A DNA stretch of 64,000 nt from positions 54,126,001 to 54,190,000 of the forward strand of contig OZ336871.1 of the NCBI GenBank assembly GCA_965287045.1, given 5' to 3'. This DNA comes from Carcharhinus amblyrhynchos. Its lineage: Eukaryota. Shown here in pieces: positions 59,901 to 64,000 of this stretch (position 1 is its first letter; every line of letters starts with the position of its first letter). A program made the position numbers and the translations under genes. The notes under the pieces are model-generated. The model saw only the letters and a list, made by a program, of their open reading frames with translations. It ran no database searches and was not told where the DNA came from.

Positions 59901-62754
59901 TGGAGCAAAGCATGGTCAGCCTCAAATCTTAGTACATTCATCAATGTGAATAGTAGAAAGGTTGATTCTACAATTGGCTGCTTTGTCAGCAGATCAAACA
60001 CAGAAAAAGGAAGCAGATATTTACAGAACAAAATTGGATACTGTGTTACACAATACCTGGGACTGATGGATCAGCAGTTGTCTTGGCCTAGATTTTCCAT
60101 TTAGTTGAAAGATAGTCCAGAAGCCAAAACAGGAAAAGGATATTCTTTTTCTGTGGCTCCATATCTATTTACTAACATGTTTTCATAAAGTGCATACAGA
60201 TATTCTTTTTTATGTGATATTTAATCAAATAATTACTACATTGGGTAATCTTTGGTTAAGTCCTAAACTTGTAAAGATTAACTATGTTCCCTCTAATTTT
60301 ATTAGAGTTCATAATGTTTTCAGCACAGTAAAACAAACTGCTTGTGAAAATGTAAGATCAAATGTAATGCCTAAAAGAATACTAGGTTCAGTATTAATAA
60401 AATCAGTCCTGAAAACTAAGCACAAGTAACTCTATTTTAAGAGGTTCTCCTGTGCAGTAGAACAAGTAGCTTCCTGTCACACCAGAGAACAGTTTTGATG
60501 TCATTATGAAGTGCCCATGACCCCCAGCAAGAAATATTATTTGGATCTATGTTATCAAACCTGACCTGTAACACTAATTGCTCCATTAGTAGAATGCCTA
60601 ACAGCGTGTGAACAGTCAGGTTTTTCCACCCATATTTACTTCCCTTTTCTCTTGGAGGAGTCCCAACTGTTGCCATGTATGAAAAAAATTAAAGTAATAT
60701 CACTGATTTTATTTAAGGAAGCAGCTTGATACGTAACTGAAATGAAGAAAAACAAGTGATTTTCATTTGCTTAAATGGCTCAAAATACTAAACAATGTGC
60801 ATCTCTGGTTCACATACCCAGTTTCTTGGCAAAAGCAAGTTTTAAAGCTCTCCTAATGACTCTCAGCAGTGAATCGTTAAGCTGTGCTGGTCATCCCTGC
60901 TGGCTTCGCTCACTGACAACTGGTTTGAAGAGAAAGTCTACCAGGGCTGCTGCTGTCAGCAGCCACCAGCTGGTCTACCAGGGGTCTGCGGTCATAGGGA
61001 ACAGCTGACACTCTGGGCATTGCTAACCATGCTGAGAAATGTGCCACCCAGCTGCTGTGTGGTCATGTCCATCTGGAGATCCTCGCCAGACAAATCTCTA
61101 CGCCTGTCAGATCTCTTCAGCTGGGCTTGTTATACAAATGCAATTACTCAAGTGTGCCCTATTACAGCCAGCTAACTACTCTTCAAACTAATCTTAAACA
61201 GACAGGCAATTCATATTTCTCCTCTCATCAAAACTACCTCATTTACTCCCAGTTAGTAACTCTCTTGGTACAGCATGATGTGACTGCAGGGGCCCCCATG
61301 TGTAGTATTTCAACTAACAAAGGTGGCCGCAACAGGTTCAAATATTGTAACCAGGCAATATCTATTAATAACATGAGAAACGTATGCTTCAAGTGAATTA
61401 ACAGAATGTATAGTATGTTTCTCATTGGCTAATGAGTGTAAAATAATAACCATTTGATACACTATTTTTGTTCAATGATTATTGCCCATTAATTTATCTA
61501 AGCAGGTGCTGTGTTGCCTGATGGTTAATAGCAATTTCACATGCAGAAACACATTAAAAATAACAACCTGACCATTTAATAAATCTTCTTTAATAAAGTA
61601 GTTTATAGAACAAGGGGAAAATATTAACACCTAATGATGTATATATCAAGAAAAGCAGATTATGACATTAAAATGTGAGACTATGAACTTGTGCAGTAAT
61701 TTTTACTTGCTGAGCAAGAGTCAGAATAAAATATTTTTCATAAAAAACAAATAAGGGCTGTGAATAAAAAAACTAGATATATATTTGCTGAATCAAACTG
61801 GAATTGTACAGGGAACATAAAGGCATGAGCGTTAAGGACCCCTCTGATGTTAAATGCAAGAGTGCCTCAAAATCCCAAAGGATAACTAGAAACACTGGTT
61901 CTTGGTGGTGTATATTTGTTTGGAATTATGTGCGGAAAAACCCAGTGAGGAATCCATTCCACTCATTGTGCAAATAACTAATAAAGACTATGTTAAAGTA
62001 AAAATAAACACAGAAACACTAATAAACACCATGACATTTAAGTACATGAATAACTAATCACACCATTTTATCTGAAATTACCTCTTGCTTCCAAACTATA
62101 CTCACGTTCGCAGAACTCACTGAGACACCTCACTTCTCAAACAACATCCACTTTAGTAACTAAATCAAATCCAGCTAACAGTTCCCACAAGAATTGGTTT
62201 AGATGTCAAGTCTGGGAAACTTCTATTCCTGGTTCAGGAATACAAGTCATTTAAAGAATATCTGCAATCTGTCGTGGCTCTAAATGTGCGATAGAATAGG
62301 CCTCCATGGCTCTGATCATAGACAGAACTGGCTTTACTGAAGATGAGAAAGGTCTGTCTGCCTGCCTGTTGGATGGAAAACTAACTTCCTTCCCCAATGA
62401 GCAGTTACATGTTCAGTCTCTTAGATAACCCACGCTGTGGATTCGGCTGTCTACATCTCTCAAATTTTGCAAAGCTCCACTGATCTGAGGTAAGCAATGT
62501 TCTTGATAAAGGAATTTGCACCTCAATTTTTCTAGATGCCTGCTAATCTTGTTGCTAGGCAAATTGTATCTCATAATTCCTTTGGACACCTGCGTAGCTT
62601 TTGACTTGTCCGTTATATTCTAATCTCCGGTTCAACTGCTAACCTGGCTAACTTCCCAAATTCCTAACAATTAGCTATCATTGATTGCCAATTTGTGATG
62701 CTTTACAAATTATGGACTGGGTGAGTCATTAATCTGAACAATTTCTCTTTGATA

Positions 62755-63016
62755 TGAGTGCTATTAGAATGTTATTGTTGTTGTTATCATTGGAGACATC
62801 GAGATAAAGGATTAACAGTCAAGTCTAGTGATTGTGCTATCACTTCAGGACAACACAGGAAAAGAGGGTCGGAAGGGTCAATGGGAGCCAAGAGAGTGTT
62901 TACTCGAGAAGGAGTCCTCCTCTCTGGGGCAGAATACATCTGGAAGCCATGTAGGGGACTTTCACAGTAATTTCATTGCTGTGTTACTGTAAGCCTTATT
63001 TGTGACAATAAACTTT
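62755..63016 (+). mobile_element. Probable I/Nimb-group LINE C-terminus with the tail shared by the variant SINEs
   Basis: VLLEC (62758-62772) and LWGRI (62922-62936, different frame) followed by taggggactttcacagtaatttcattgctgtgttactgtaagccttatttgtgacaataaac. Confidence 0.5.
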
Positions 63017-64000
63017 AAAAAAAAAACTTCATGTAAGGACTGGAGTAGTTGGGCATGCTGTTCTAAGATGACCGAATGCTGCAAATCCCTATAGCTAGTG
63101 TCTCTTCATCAGTAAATATCTTTTTGGTCCGAACAGAGCCTGAAATTGTCTTGACGATGTCTAAGTGCCAATACATAACACCATCCTATGTACGCAACCC
63201 AGCAGGACACAGTAACTTTTATGCATATTAACTAATGAAAGAATGATTCTTCTGGGTGCAGAACATCATGAAACTTACTACGTTAGTGACACAACAACAA
63301 ATCAGATCCTTATGTTTGAGGGTATTAAAACATACACAGCAATGCAGAACATGTTTATAACAATACATGACATAAACTACTCCCCACAATAACATTGCCT
63401 TTAATGAGATGGCTAAAGCATTTTACTGACATAATTTTAAAACATACAGGGGTATTTACATATAGCGTGTATAATGCTTCATACCTGGTGTTTTTCCACA
63501 TCTGTTGAATTATAAACAGTATCAAATTTTTCTGATGGGTTTCAATAACTATCAACATTCATATGACCATGCAAATTTGTTATCCAACAGGTAGGAAATG
63601 CTACCTATCACAACTGAGAAAAAAAGTAAAGTCAGCCAATCGAATTAGACTATTTTTTAACCAAGCCACCATGTAGAAACTTTGCACAGTTTGCCTTTCA
63701 CAGTTGGAAGTTAAAATTGAATAAGCAATACGTTTATGGATGTATTGATTTTCATTCTATTTTGTGGAATGATAAAACTCATGGGCATAAATTTGGACCA
63801 TTACATTGCTCCTGATTTTTGGTGTACCAACACATTGTGCCACCCAGGCAGTTACAACATGCAATAGCTCTTTTAAAAAAATATCAGTGATATCAGGAAT
63901 ATCATTTATATCTCAGTTCTGCATTGTGTGGACATTCAATGCTTTCAATCCCAAAGAAACATATGTCACCTTCATTTTGCCAAATGGAGATATCAGTTTT

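Noticed and set aside
63085-63115. CUGAUGA on minus strand as another hammerhead
   Set aside because: No GAAA box or supporting stems at the right spacing
48236-64000. Upstream HIBADH exons (..IDSSTIDP..FMDAPVSG)
   Set aside because: No matching codons found by eye on the minus strand; probably outside the window
1-64000. CRISPR arrays, operons, retrons or other prokaryotic/viral systems
   Set aside because: No regularly spaced repeats or gene-dense segments; sequence is spliced vertebrate DNA and all RT-like text is non-LTR retrotransposon

Overview
Eukaryotic, repeat-rich vertebrate DNA whose repeat families (HE1/V-SINEs, CR1, L2, Rex1/Babar, Penelope-like, Deu-domain SINE, Harbinger remnant) point to a cartilaginous fish (shark). 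The only host gene is the 3' half of HIBADH (3-hydroxyisobutyrate dehydrogenase) on the minus strand: four coding exons (48102-48235, 47438-47514, 12849-13005, 11426-11584) with canonical GT/AG sites, phase-compatible junctions, a TAA stop and a candidate AATAAA at 10941-10946. I did not find the upstream exons; they probably lie beyond 64000. Almost all other ORFs in the track are transposon debris or noise. Most unusual structures: (1) a composite rearrangement at 51139-52364 (380-bp inverted duplication + perfect 24-bp fold-back hairpin + 42-bp CR1 tail) and a second fold-back junction at a young CR1 (54001-54063), suggesting snap-back/template-switch synthesis at CR1 5' junctions; (2) minimal hammerhead-ribozyme motifs in Penelope-like ends, one apparently intact; (3) a tail-swapped SINE whose probable partner LINE (I/Nimb-like) is visible in the window; (4) several repeat-free, motif-dense blocks that may be long-range enhancers of the HoxA/Evx1 landscape. 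I found no convincing evidence of a wholly new gene system. Repeat boundaries were read by eye and are approximate.
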